Shown here: piece by piece, positions 11,777 through 25,000 of the stretch
Position numbering within the stretch: position 1 is the first letter of the stretch
Layout: each line of letters opens with the position of its first letter
Assembly (NCBI GenBank): GCA_973851085.1
Contig: OZ316776.1
Coordinates: 9,052,001-9,116,000 of the forward strand
Length of the DNA: 64,000 nucleotides
Direction: 5' to 3'
Source of the DNA: Ptychomitrium polyphyllum
Lineage: Eukaryota
The notes under the pieces: model-generated
What the model was told of the DNA's origin: nothing
The model's input: only the letters and a program-made list of their open reading frames with translations
The model's database searches: none
Program-made: the position numbers and the translations under genes

Positions 11777-13049
11777 ATGGCGTACGGGGAGCAGCGGGAG
11801 GTGCGGCTATGGCACGACAAACGGGAGAGGGAGATGTACGACAACTTCGCGGATTTGTTTGCCATCATTAAGACGACGGAGAAGCTGGAGAAGGCGTATG
11901 TGCGGGACGTGGTGAGTGCCAAGGAGTATGAGCCGGCATGTTCCAAGTTGATTGCACAGTTTCGGACGTTGAAGACGGCGTTGAAGGACAGCGTGCCGGA
12001 TGTGGAACAGTTTGCCGAGACGTATAAGATGGATTGCCCGGCGGCTCTTAACCGGCTGTTGGTGTCGGGAATTCCTGCCACTGTTGAACATAAGAGTGCG
12101 TCATCGGATTCTGGTACTGCGGCCGCTGTCGCAGAGTGCGTGCAGATTTTTATCACGGCTATGGATACGTTGAAGCTTAACATGTTGGCTGTTGACCAGG
12201 TATGAAAGTCTTATCAAATCCTCTGTTCTCAGATTATGGTTGTTAATTTTTGTTAATGGTTCGAGGTGTTTCAATGTGTTTCCAGGCAGCGATAAAGGAA
12301 ACTACACGTCATGTGAATGACACCTTCCTTTTCTTAGTCCTTCTCCTGTTGTAAATTTCTGATCATCAGTATTTCTTGCTTTAACAAATTTAGGTAATGC
12401 GCGCGGCAGTTTGAGTAAGCACACTTACAGGAGATAACATACTTATTATTTTTGAACAGAGCCATTGAAACCGTGAAGCTGTAGTTTTCACACAGAGTTC
12501 TGGCATAAATCCTAGATAGCACAGGACAAATTCAGCTAGAATTAGTCTCTTTCTTTTCCAGCTTCTCCTTTGAATAGGGTTGTTGTCTTTGAGCTTTTGT
12601 TAGCCGTGATCTGCTGTGCATAATGCCGACTCTTAGTTGATGACTCGAGGTCTGATGTTACCGTATTTATCACTAGGGATATTCCCTTTGGTTACGATGA
12701 AACAGTTGTTTGAAATCTTAATGGCTAGGTATATATGATTATCAATTAGGGGGTTGCCATTGTTACCAGGCTTTGGTTGCTTATGGAGGATCTACGATTG
12801 TGCTGTTAACATGAACTTGTGGGTATGATCCAGGTTCACCCTATGATGTCAGACTTAATTCTGGCGTTGAGCAGGGTCCCACAGCTATCACCTGATTTTG
12901 TAGGAAAGGTGAAGGTGAAGGAGTGGATAGCAAGGCTGAACAAAATGGGTGCTTCCGAAGAGCTTACTCAAGAGCAAGCAAGGCAGCTATCTTTTGATTT
13001 GGAGATGTCATACAATGGCTTCATCCATTCCCTGCCGAAGTCTTCTTGA
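11777..13049 (+). CDS. VPS28: ESCRT-I subunit VPS28 (exons 11777-12199 and 12834-13049; 212 aa)
   Basis: EVRLWHDKREREMYDNFADLFAIIKTTEKLEKAY...FITAMDTLKLNMLAVDQ|VHP...LTQEQARQLSFDLEMSYNGF. The GT-AG intron joins in frame. Confidence 0.95.
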
Positions 13050-14010
13050 TGTCCTTTGTTGCATTTGCTACGATGGTAATGCATATGGCAGGTGTAGATG
13101 ATCATGCTTCGCTGAAAGATTCGTATAGGTTAGGTCTCAACATCAGGAATTCATTGTTCCAAACCAAATTGTGTTCATGTACATACAAGTTCATTTATTG
13201 GGCAATTGAGCTTTTCTAAACCTATTCAGATTGCATTATTTTTTTTGTCTTTGCTTTTGGGGCTACTGAGTTGGTGGTGTTTATCTAACAAATAGAGATG
13301 TCCTCTAGATGGTTCTGGCAGTAGTTCTTTTTGGTGTTTTTTGTCCGAGCTCATCTTGCTGCATGGAAACATATCGTGAAAGCTGCTAGTGTTGGACTTA
13401 CGGGCAGTTTTGAAGTTTATTTATGGAATTTTCTTCTGTATCATAATAGTTTGGGTCTTGATTCTACATACTTCTAAGTGGGTTGACGTATGCTTTGTTT
13501 CTTCGGAATTGCACTTTATTTTGTTCCGTTTTAATTTGGTGAAGATTGAATATGCCCAAGTTAGAATTTACATTCACTTGAATTAATTTGCACACTCATG
13601 AGAGCTACTGATAATTATGAAATAGTTTCATAGAAAGGAAGCAGTCCCAGGAGGTAATGCGATGCAAAGATAGACATCATCACACACCATACTGTAATCA
13701 ACAATTATTTGATTCACATGGAAATAGCGAATCACATAAAGTAGGCATAGAAATTTCTAGACTTGAATATAGATGACAAAGCTATGTCCCTTGCAAGCAT
13801 ATTAATGTAGAAAGTTATAATGTATAGAGTTTGAGTAGTGTTATTCAGATTTATGATTAATGTGAATGAGTGAAATGATGAATGCTAAGCAACATTGAAT
13901 CTGAATCAGATGAAAGAAAGTATATCACACATAAGGGATGAAGACTAGGATTTCATTAAAGAAAAATGTTTCATGAAATATGCTAAAACTGATAGTACAA
14001 AGCAACCCTA

Positions 14011-16540
14011 CTAAGAAGGATCCTGGTTCGCAGGAGGCCAGCCAGGAACAACAGCATCCTGCAAGAGCACTAGTTCAGCTGTTCCTCCGTATTCCGCTGG
14101 CAGTTGGTCGGCATCAATCACACTGAGCAGTGTTTCCTGAGCTTTCTTCTTCTCGACAAATACAATCTGCAACAGAACATCCCATCAAGTAGTAAGAATT
14201 TTACGAAATCCCATCAACAACACTCTTTCTTGTAAGATGCAATAGAAATTCAAGACCTTTGTACCTTCTTGCGCGTTGTTTCGTTGACGAATGATGACAC
14301 CACCTTCCAAAGACCGTTGAAGATGAGAGGAGCATTGACCATGTACAATTTCTCAATTCGCTCTGGATAATGTGACTGCACACAATGAGATTCTAGTTAA
14401 AAGACGCGAATATGCAGTCGTATTCTTCTGCACAGGATCAATCAATCAATCAATCAGGTGCTGCTGAGAAATGCCAAACAAGAAATAGTCTCCTCACTTG
14501 GTAGATGTCAAAACCGGCTATAAATGCTTTGGAGTCCAAGTTTTTGAATCCAAGACCCTTGAGATCGATGATACAATTTATTTTACCGTCAGTCGAAGTG
14601 GATGCCCTGTAATTGAAACATCTCAAAGATTTCAGTCACGTACTAGTAGATGGGAATCCAAAGAACTTAATCACAATCATGGGAGCTATGCAACTTCTTT
14701 GATTACCACTTGTTGCCCCTATATCCAATAGAATATGCAATTTAGAAACACACAACAAGCCTCAGATGAGTGTCTTACGCTGTGAGCACTTTGTCCATCG
14801 AATAAACAATAAATCCTGCACTCCACAAACAGCTGCTAAGATTTCTCTCAAGGCATTGCTTCGTAGGAGAAATATCAGAGTGCCCATGATCAAAATATTT
14901 CCAAGCGGAAGCAAAGTTTATGGTCACAAACGTTTGTCAGCAATTGACACTGTAGCAGGGAATAATACAGCAATCACCATTCAAGTCACTGTATCATCAT
15001 GGCAGTCTACTATCGGGCTTCACTTATAACGAGAGGGTTCTGTGTTATCTCATACGACGAAACTCATCAAAATCTTCTTTGTTGTGGATATGGTTACGCG
15101 CGAGTATCACGCAAATAGGATGCCCCTGCTTGTCTCTTCCTTGCAGATACGACTTTTTAGCACTAAGTTCATTTGCTATTTCCACTTCTGATATAAAGCC
15201 CTTCGGCTTGAAGGACTTCTCCCATGCCTGGTGCTTTGCAAATGCTTTCACTGCCTCGTCTACACTCAGAGAAAATCCTTTCAGAAACCGCATCAAAGAT
15301 GCATCATCAACGCCCTGCGCATACAAAATGAACGACCTTAACATCAACTCGATATACGTTTAAGAATATGCTAACGTCTTTTAAGGAAACATCCAATGTA
15401 GATTTAGTCATACACAGCCCTTGCATACTACCAGATAGAGAGATCGATAACATGTTACTTTGTAAACTCACGATGGAAGCTGGACACATGTGGTACACAC
15501 GGACATAGAACATACTGACTGGGCGAGGGCAGAAAAAGAACAAGTAGGAGCCACCTCTGATTTTCCTCCCGCAAGGTCCACTGCTTCCCGCATTCGATTC
15601 AGAGACTCTTCCAAATTGATCACGGTTTCCTCGCTGTCTACCTCGACTGAGGTTTTAAAACAACGCCTCAGAATTGTTCGCTCTACCAACCACATCTATG
15701 GTTAATAGCAATAAATGTGAATACCCATTCCAGGTAACAAATGGAAGGACAGAAGGATGCAGCAAGTCGTTAGAGTACGACTTCAATTGTGTGAGATGGT
15801 GAACAGAATATGATCTTTTGGAAAATCCGATCCCAATTTGACCCAATGCCGATAAGATATGAGCGATTCCTAGCTCACCCAAGGGAACAACCATATCACA
15901 ATTACCCATGTATCGAGAAATATGAAATTCCAAGCAGAATTCACATGTATAGAGCAAGGGTGCGAATTTCAGCTACGCACATGTCCAATTCTTAGTTTTA
16001 ACAATGCTTACACTCTTGCCAATCGTTCACGACTGTGCGCAGAGAGAGGTGAACCCATCAATTTCGCATTAAACTGAACTCGAAGCTCGCAATTGCAGAC
16101 ACTAAGACTCAATATTTGATACAAATCCTACACTTGAATCTCACCTGCAGACGCTAGCAATTCCGCAAGGGAACCGAGCTGCAAAGTAGTTCAACACCCA
16201 TATAGCCATACATCGATGACCACCAAAAAGCAGACACGCACTAGCTCAAACACCAAATCCTCTAAGGAAAAATTCGATCAATGTCGTAACAATGGAACGA
16301 GAGCGAGCGCTTACCTGCTATCCTCCATGGCGGAAACAAACCGACTGGCAGATTCGTTGAACCAAAGTACGTCGGCGAGAAACACGACAACACCGCTGAG
16401 TATTGCAAAGGCCTGAGAGTTCCACGCAGCACCGGCCTTGCGCTCGTGAACGCCTTGTTCTCACAGCTTGTAGCTGCTGCCCCGGAGTAGGAGCAGAAAG
16501 GAGAGTAGTGTGCAAACACAGCATAGCGCTGCGACGCCAT
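14011..16540 (-). CDS. CRAL-TRIO / Sec14-like lipid-binding protein (multi-exon; 5' end uncertain)
   Basis: Exons read DDASLMRFLKGFSLSVDEAVKAFAKHQAW...KKSYLQGRDKQGHPICVILARNH; last exon IVFVEKKKAQETLLSVIDADQLPAEYGGTAELV...DPS* (stop 14011-14013). A possible transit-peptide-like first exon starts MASQRYAVF at 16540. Confidence 0.8.
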
Positions 16541-18595
16541 TGCTTGTTCCTCTATCTCTCTCTCTCTATGTGGAACACTTACACAACGTCGACTCCAAAA
16601 ACTAAACAGTGCGCACACAACGTCGACTCCACGAGCGTCGACCGCTGCACCTACTATTCGGATGATAACTAGGTGATACGTGCGAAGTAACGAGGTGATA
16701 CTGGTGTGGTACGTGGTAACTTTTGAGGCGGGTATCTGGAGACTGGACATGAAAGTACTCCGTTGGAAGTCTGAGGAGAAGGATGAGAGCATTACAGCGT
16801 TTTGCATCATTTTGCGTCCTTCCGAGGCTTCATTATTGCAGATGTGAATGGTCTGCGATGGCTGTTGTCTGCTCGTGAGTCGTCACGCCGTTGGCACCGT
16901 GTGTCTACCCTTGCACGCATTCTTCGAACGCAATCTGCCACCACCATATCCAGCACCGACACTCAAATATCGGATCATCAAGGCGCCGCGAGAAGGTGAT
17001 AATGTATGTCCACCGCTGTTCATATCGGTATGCCAGACATGGGCTCAGTAAACATCCTCAGTGGTGCCATTCAAACCTAAGGAACTAAGGGCATTGTGTA
17101 ACTGGGGGTTTTTTTTTCTTTCGCTAAGCCAACCTAAACGGTGCTGGTGTTTTAGAGAGCCCAAAAAAATGGATATTGGGGTCAATCTGTCTTATGTTCA
17201 TAACAAACTAAGGAATGAAGGACTTAAGGAATATGATTTCAAGGGATGAACTGGTCTTTAATAATGTTGGTTTTTGTTCTTCATGTAAATTGGTTTTAAA
17301 GTCATGGTTTTGGAAGCATCAACACTTCGTCAATCCTTAAATGTTAGATATTGCCATTGTCAAATACTCCAAGGATTAAAATGCAATGCATTGAGCTTGA
17401 TTTTTTCTTTCATGTGAAATAATTTAAAACTATTATTTTTCAATAAGTTAAAAAACTTTATTTTATCCTCCAATCTAAATACTTATTAAAATCCACTACT
17501 AAAAAAGGAAGGAAATAATGTTTTTACAAATGCTAAGATCATAATCATCAAGTATAAATCATTTTCATATTTTGCTCATAAAAAGTTAAGAATTGAAAGT
17601 TTTCTTCAATAGTATTAAATAGAGAGTAGTTATTTAAATGTTTTTGATAGAAATGGAGTAGAAGTGTTTGGAACACATATAAGAATTGAAATATTTACAA
17701 AAACCATCACCAATGAGTGAACATCACCAAACAAGAGATACCGTGAAAATAAAGGTGAAATAAAAAAGGTGATAAATACTTCCTATAAGACTTTCAAAAC
17801 AAATAAAATGATAGGCATGTAAGTGTATCCTTCAAATTCAATCTTGTATATATCTTAAATAAAATACACTTTAGAAGTTAATATTAATATTGATTCCGTG
17901 TATTCTTAACTCTAGAGGCCATCAATCTTTATATTTTGCAATCATCCAAAAATCTACATCCGTCTATTACAAAAAGTTAATTAAAAATTCTTCACCGACA
18001 AACGACGTCCTCCCAGGGGTTTGGGGTTGGGACGAGGACCACTGATCAGCGGCGAAATACCTGTCCTGCAAGGACGAGTTCGAACATTTATGCATGAACG
18101 GTTAACTGCCGACTATGCAACATGTGGACCAACAAATCGACAACCTCACAGTACAAACGACAAGTTGTAATGCAGTGGAAGAAGATGAATAATCCTCTAG
18201 TGCCAACCGCGAGTGCTTCAAGAGGAACGGAAGAGCTGCCGAATTACTTCGAGGAGTTCTGGTGACCGTTGTTGAAATCAGTGCAGTATTCACCAACGTA
18301 CTAAGTTAGTGAGGAGCTTGCATACAGGTGGAGTATGATGTTGGTGGTAGTAATGAATGATGCCGGTGTAGGTAGTAAGTGCTCTTTGCGTTGTCACCCA
18401 CTGACGACGGAAGCGTTCAAACACTTCACCGTGGAGTAGTAGGGAGCGATCACTGCGATCAATTTGCCGAGAGATCTATTCTTCTTCATTTTACAACTGC
18501 GCATCGTAGAAAGTTGATCAGGGGTAGAGTCTCCTCATCGAGTACCATCTAGACCATCGAGTACCATCCTTACCTCTCAGAGCGTGAATACAACT

Positions 18596-21500
18596 ATGAC
18601 TACTCGATTTCTACCAATACTGACCTTCCTTCACCTGCTCATGCAACCATGGGGCGTTCTTGGACTCTTACCAGACATGGCTGCTCTCTTGGCATTCAAA
18701 AAAAGGTTAACGTTTCTTGGCATCCCTGGTTCACTGTTGGATTGGGTGAAGTCGGATCTCACTCCAGTACCAGTGGACCGGCACGCAGTGCAACACAAGA
18801 GTCATTTGCCTTTTTCTCCCCTAACTCAGCCTCTCTGGCACTAAGTCACAGCTCTTCCCAGCTCTTCACAGTCACAACGTTGCAGCACCTAGCCCGTAGT
18901 ACCAACCTCCTCACTGGTTCCTTACTCCTGTCACTCTTCACCCTTATTAATCTAGAGTATCTTGATTTTAGCTTTTTTGGCCTCTCAGATTGGCAGTTTA
19001 CTGGTGCTTCAGGAAATCCGGGTTGGCATAAATGTATTCCTCCTCAGTTGCAGATCTAGTTAACCTTATTTACCTTGAACTTTGCGTTGATAATCTCACT
19101 GGCGAGATTCAGCCATGGCCTCTTCATCGCAGCTGGAGCGCCTTGTTCTTTCCGGAAACCTGTTGTCGGGTTCCATTTCGCCTTCCCTGGCCACTCTGTC
19201 CAACTTGTCTGTTATAGACTTGAGTAACAATATCTCATTGGTACCATTCCTGTTGATACCGTCAAGATGATGCTTGGTTGAGCTGGACTTAGGGGTTGAG
19301 CTGGACTTAGGGGTTAACCTTCGCACAGGAACCCTGCCCTAGGAGATGGGATACCTCATCAATATGAGGAATATTCCTCTGGGACTCACCAAGCGCACGG
19401 GTCCTATCCCTGCAGAAACATCTCTTATGGGCAACTTGCAAAAGCTCGATCTTGGGGGTACAACCTTGTCTGGTCCTATTCCTGACTCAATTGGGAATCT
19501 GAAGAATCTGGCGATGTTGAATCTGTCATGTACAAGGTTGAATGGTTTTTTACCTGCTTCTCTCGGCCAGTGTCCGAGGTTACAGGTACCTTCCTTCTGC
19601 AATTTTATCAAATTTTCTCTTTTGTTGTTGATGTTTTCTTTGATGTAGGTAAGTGGGGTGCATCTCTTCTAAGATGTATTATACATGTGGAGACAAGCAA
19701 AAATATCAAGATTATAATCTTGCTTCATGTTCTTTCGGTCTTATCTCCAATGTCCATGGCTGGTCACATATCTCGAGTAGACTGATACGCGGTGTTCCCT
19801 TGCCAGGTCTTTGATGTTGCATTCAAGCAACTAAGCAGCACTATTCCTGAAGAGCTTGCTGCTCATGAGAACGTCTACTTGCTTGCTTGATGCTGCTCTG
19901 TTGAGGGAAATCACTTGTCCTATACCAACCTGGTTCGGCAATTGGCGAAACCACTCGTCTCTGCATATGAGAACCAACCACTTCTCCGGCGCCATTCTTC
20001 CTCAGCTGGAACTATGTCCAAACCTGAAGAATCTTGGCCTAGACAGCAACTTGTTGTCAGGCTCCATCCCTCCAGATTTTTGTTAGGCTCCCTTGAAGAC
20101 TTTGTCGTTGAATGACCTCAAGCTCACAGGGAACATCACTCACGCCTTGAAAGCTTGCAAAAGTATCCAAGAACTCGACCTCAACACGAATATGCTCTCC
20201 GGACCCATACCTACTTATTTCGGTACTTTTCCCAACTTTGAGATGAGAAACAGGTTTTCTGGTGGTTTGCCTGACGCTCTGAGGAGCTCCAAGTCTCTAC
20301 TTCAGTTTCAGACGGACAGAAACAACCTCATCGAGACTGTCTCCTTTGGTTGGAAGACTCCCCTCTCTCGCGTATTTTATGTTTTTTGGGGGCCTTTGTG
20401 AGGGGCAGCTCCCTTCCCAACTAGGAGACCTCTCCAACCTCAACGTCTTCTCTACGCAAGGAAACAGGTTCACTGGAACTATCCCAACTCACAACGCTCA
20501 ACCTTGGACGCAACGCCTTCACAGGTACCATCCGCACGAAATTGGACAGTTTGTCAATCTTAACAATCTAGTTTTAAGAGAAAAATAGGCTCACACGAAG
20601 CATTCCCCTTGAAATTCAAAACGATTTTCACGTAACCTGACTACAACATCGGCTTCACCTTCCTCGTTTTTTGCTACCTCTTTCATACCATGCAGAGGCA
20701 TGGATATGATGTTGAACAATTGATATTTGCTCTGTTTCAGGTACTCCCCATGCCGGACAACGTCATTTCTACAACATCGCGGCATATTAGACTTCTCATG
20801 GAACAGCCTCAATGGAAGCATCCCTGCAGCTCATGCACAAAGCACAATGACAATAGAGCTGCTCCTGACAGGCAACCAGTTCACCGGCACTATAACTCCG
20901 GGGCTAGCTAGGCTTGTAAATCTCACCTCTCTAGACCTCTCGAGAAATTTCCTCAACGGCACCATCCCAGCTGATGGGTGACTCACACGCAATCCAGGGC
21001 CTTAATCTCGCCTACAACGAGCTCTCAGGCGCGCATCCCTAACAAGCTCGGCAGCAATCCCAGCCTTGCATTGCTGACCCTAACAGGCAACATGCTCAAT
21101 GGGCCGCTACCTGCTACTCTCGGTAACTTGACGGGGTTGGTTGGTCTGGATGCGAGTTGGTAACCGGCTCAGCGGCGACATACCTCCATCTCTGGGGAAT
21201 CTTGCGTCCATAGTGGGGTTGAACTTGGCGAATAATAAGTTAACTGGCAGTATTGCAAGGTTGCTCTCAGAGCGCACAGTATGGCATCAAGCGCAATAAC
21301 TCAACCTGAGTTTCATCTTTCCGGACCCCTGCTTGCTGGCATCGGAATCCTGACTGGCTTAACAGTTCTTGATCTTCGGCACAACTATTTTACTGGTCAC
21401 ATTCGGAGGGCGCATCCCCAACACCGGGAGTAGCGTTAACTAGAAAACCTCATCCTTTCCTTTAAACTCAAACGTTTGCGGAGAGGGTTTGAAAAACAAA

Positions 21501-21620
21501 GTATCTTGTCGATGGGCGCCATGGCCGAGCTATGAGTTCCGGACAGCGGATATCATGTCCATAACAGGATTTGGAGCACATATTGGCTTCTTCACTATGT
21601 TGTTGACAGATATTCGCTTG
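18596..21620 (+). pseudogene. Decayed EMS1/EXS-like LRR receptor kinase (signal peptide, LRRs, island region and TM remnant; no kinase domain found)
   Basis: Signal peptide plus LRR cap (DMAALLAFKK..LLDW); many plant LRRs (LQKLDLGGTTLSGPIPDSIGNLKNL, LKNLGLDSNLLSGSIP, FLQHRGILDFSWNSLNGSIP) scattered over three frames with stops and frameshifts. The EMS1 resemblance is from recalled sequence. Confidence 0.85.
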
Positions 21621-22023
21621 GACCTCAGCATGGAATTTTGTGTTCGGTTCATCGAAGCAGCCAATTCGTGAAGCCCCAGCATAGCGTGTAAGGATTACAA
21701 GAACATGGTTAAGTTGAAGACTTCATTTCTCTTACAGAACACAATGAGACATATACAAAGAACTTTGGGCTTATTAGAATCAATCCAAGCAGTTGTCCAG
21801 ACACGAAGAACTGATAGTTCCAGAGACAGTTCCTGAATCTTTCAAATCGTTAGAGTTAATCGATTTTCGGGAAGGTCAATCGATTCTAGTAGTGCGAATG
21901 AAAGTGCATCTAAGAGAATCACTATACGAATTCTTTCTTTTTGTTTGAAACACTAAATGAGTTTTTTCAAAGCGCCAGGAAAGAAGATAGCAAACTGCAA
22001 ACTCAGCTACTCCTTTCCTCCAG

Positions 22024-25000
22024 CTAGAACTGATGATCTAGCTTGAGTAGATAAGATTCGACGAGTGCAAGGTTTTGAGGGCATTCAAAGCGCATGTAGA
22101 GAACCGGGCAATCAGAGTTAGTACAAAGAACAGACTGAAAATGCCCCCCCGAATGACACCTCGCACATTCCGCATGAGCTCCAGCTAACTTCATCTCCTG
22201 CTCAGCCATCTCGTGAAATATAGTAGTTGCTGCTTTCTGTGCATGACCTGCCAGAGTACACTCTTGACAAAGAGCTCCTTGCTCATTTTCCAGCGGTTTT
22301 CTGTGCAGAAACAATCAACGTCAAAGATTGTTCCACTTCCTGATTTAACTTTGGCAATTCTGTACTCGTTAAGAACATATTCCAGCTTCAAAAAGTCACC
22401 AGCCGAAGTATACAGATGATCATGACCACAACGGAAAGAAGCTTGTGATGAGGTGAAAAAAAGGACTGGTAGTAGATGTTGATCATCATACCTGCAAATC
22501 AGACAAAGTGTCTTGGGTCGAAAGAAGCTACTAACTAAACCCTGTGACCGGTTTGATGCACCCACATGTACAGACGGAGGAGGGGCAGTATGACTGCCAG
22601 TAAATAATTCCCTCAATGTTGAAGGATCTGTGACAAACTCCAGTATCTGTTTATCAAAAAAATACAGTATCACGATAAGAAACAAACTATAAAGCTATTT
22701 TTTCTGGAAAAGAACTAGCACGTAGAGTGTTCACTTGATACCCTAATAGAAATTGAGATACATCTACAGCTAGACCTACCTCCAGCAACGACTGCAAGGA
22801 AGCTACATTGCGGCCAACATGAATCTCATCACCAAGTCAGCGTTGCTGATTGCAACTCCACTCGTTGAATGCAATGTTCCTAAAAAGCATAAAAGCGGTT
22901 TACAAAAGTAACAAACAGCAAATGCAGGTCAAAGCAATCGTACAGATTCCAGAGGCTTGCGGAGTTTGTTCTCAAGATACACGTGTGTATTCACCGGAAT
23001 GCCTCCAATAAGAGCATCAATTGGATCTTGCGCCATATCATCCTGCCAGCTGGAGTAAGAGAAAGTTCTAGATCTAGCAGATTTATTCTCTTCTGATAAA
23101 TCTCAACCACAAGAACTGCAAACAACCTAAGTTATGATTGCACTAGCTTCACCAAAAAGTCTTCTATAAAAAGAAGCAATTTTTAGCCAGCCCTTACTAT
23201 AGATTACTTCAGTATGTTCGTTAAGATGAGAGTTCTTGGATCGACTGATGCACCTGAAGTTTGTTTGAGTTAGCCATGAGAACATAAGGTACTCTCTCTC
23301 CAATATGAAATTGCCGATCAGGATCTTTTCGTTTCAACCTCACAGAAAGAGCCACATGAGGGCCTCGCCCTTCTTCTGCAGTTGATGCCCCCACATGCTT
23401 GTTGAGACCCTTCGTCACTGCAGCCAACTTTGTAATATCGTTGTCATCGACCCGCCAGAGACCCTGCATCAGCTCGTTTAATGACATCGTTAACCACCTG
23501 AACAACATCGACACAAAGTGGGACTAAATTGGAAAGCATGAATAGGCAGCTGAGCTCTCATTTCTAGAAATTTCCTTTTCTCCTAATGGATTCAGTTACA
23601 GATAGGCATCAAGCAAGCAACTTTCATCAAAAGGGGTCATTTTAAGCAAATATCATTTCATTACCTATACTGCAATGAAATTGAGAAAAAAGTCACCAAC
23701 GAGGGTTTTCAGTTCAAATGATCAATGACAAGCCTTACTCCTGTCATTATATATTCAGATAAGCTCCCTTTGCCTGCCATCACTCGTCGTATCGAATTCT
23801 TGCAGTTTTCCAAAGCACGTGATACGTCATTTTCGACAAGGATGTCATATAATGCCTGTTTGCAGATTTGTCGGACAAATCTGGGCACATCTCGTCTTTC
23901 AGCTTCGATACCCTTTACGAATAATGTTCCTTGCCCTTGATTTGCCTCGCTGCTAGTGTGCTGTTTTCCAGCGTACCTATTGACCTGCTCGTACGTCAAG
24001 TGTCAAGCGTCAACGAATTTAACATGTGAAAGAAATTAAATACCTCTTCACATTCATCTTTTTAAAATATTGAGAAACTAAAAGTGCATCTACTTTGAGT
24101 ATGGATATCGAAGGGCAGAAAAACCGGCCTGGAGGAGAAGAAAAGGACAGAGAACCTGCAATATGAAATTTGTTCAGACATCAGCAAGTTGTCATAACGT
24201 GCATGACCATCCCAAAACAGCACTGAAATCTTCATCACAAATTGCTAACAAAAGCTAGATATAACATCTTCGCTACATTCTCTTCATGATTGTACATCGA
24301 GACTATCAAAAGGTCAAAATTGTAGGAATTCTGAAGTCACCCTTTCAAACTTGAGAACAATGGGAGAAGGAAAGGCTTGAGAGACGATCTCAGCAGCTTG
24401 AGTGCCCAGTTTGATAGCTTCATCAATGCTGGAACCTTTGAAGCAAACAAAAACACTGTCGGTCTGTGCATAAATGACCTGCGCATTTTCGGAGATACTG
24501 CCAGCAAGCTGCACAGCTTGCTTACATGATTCGGCCCCCATGCTGCAATAAGCGAATGTATCACATGAACAATGTAAGTATGAATAAGACACTAAATATC
24601 AAAGTTCAACCAAGTCCTGAATTTTTGGAAAAAGTTTATTCAGTTGACATGTCTCTGCTTGGAACTGCCTTCGGCCAGTCTTCCGATTGTTTTATGCACT
24701 GCAGAAAGCCCAGCATTCATACCCAACTAGTACCTATGCCTCAAATTCTAACCCAGTAGAATGGTACGACGACATAAGAAATCTCTTATGAAAGTGGCTT
24801 GAACCTGCATCACTTCAACCGATTACCATGATTCTCACACATCTTGAGACAACATGAGCTTAAGCACAATTGCACTTTAATAGTGTGCAGACAGTTTCAA
24901 ATATTACCTCAAGCAAGAGTCCGCTAATGGAAGTGCCTGTTGAGGTGATGCACTCGCACCTGTGAATCCATACAAAGCATTTGAGCAGAGCTGCAAAAAC

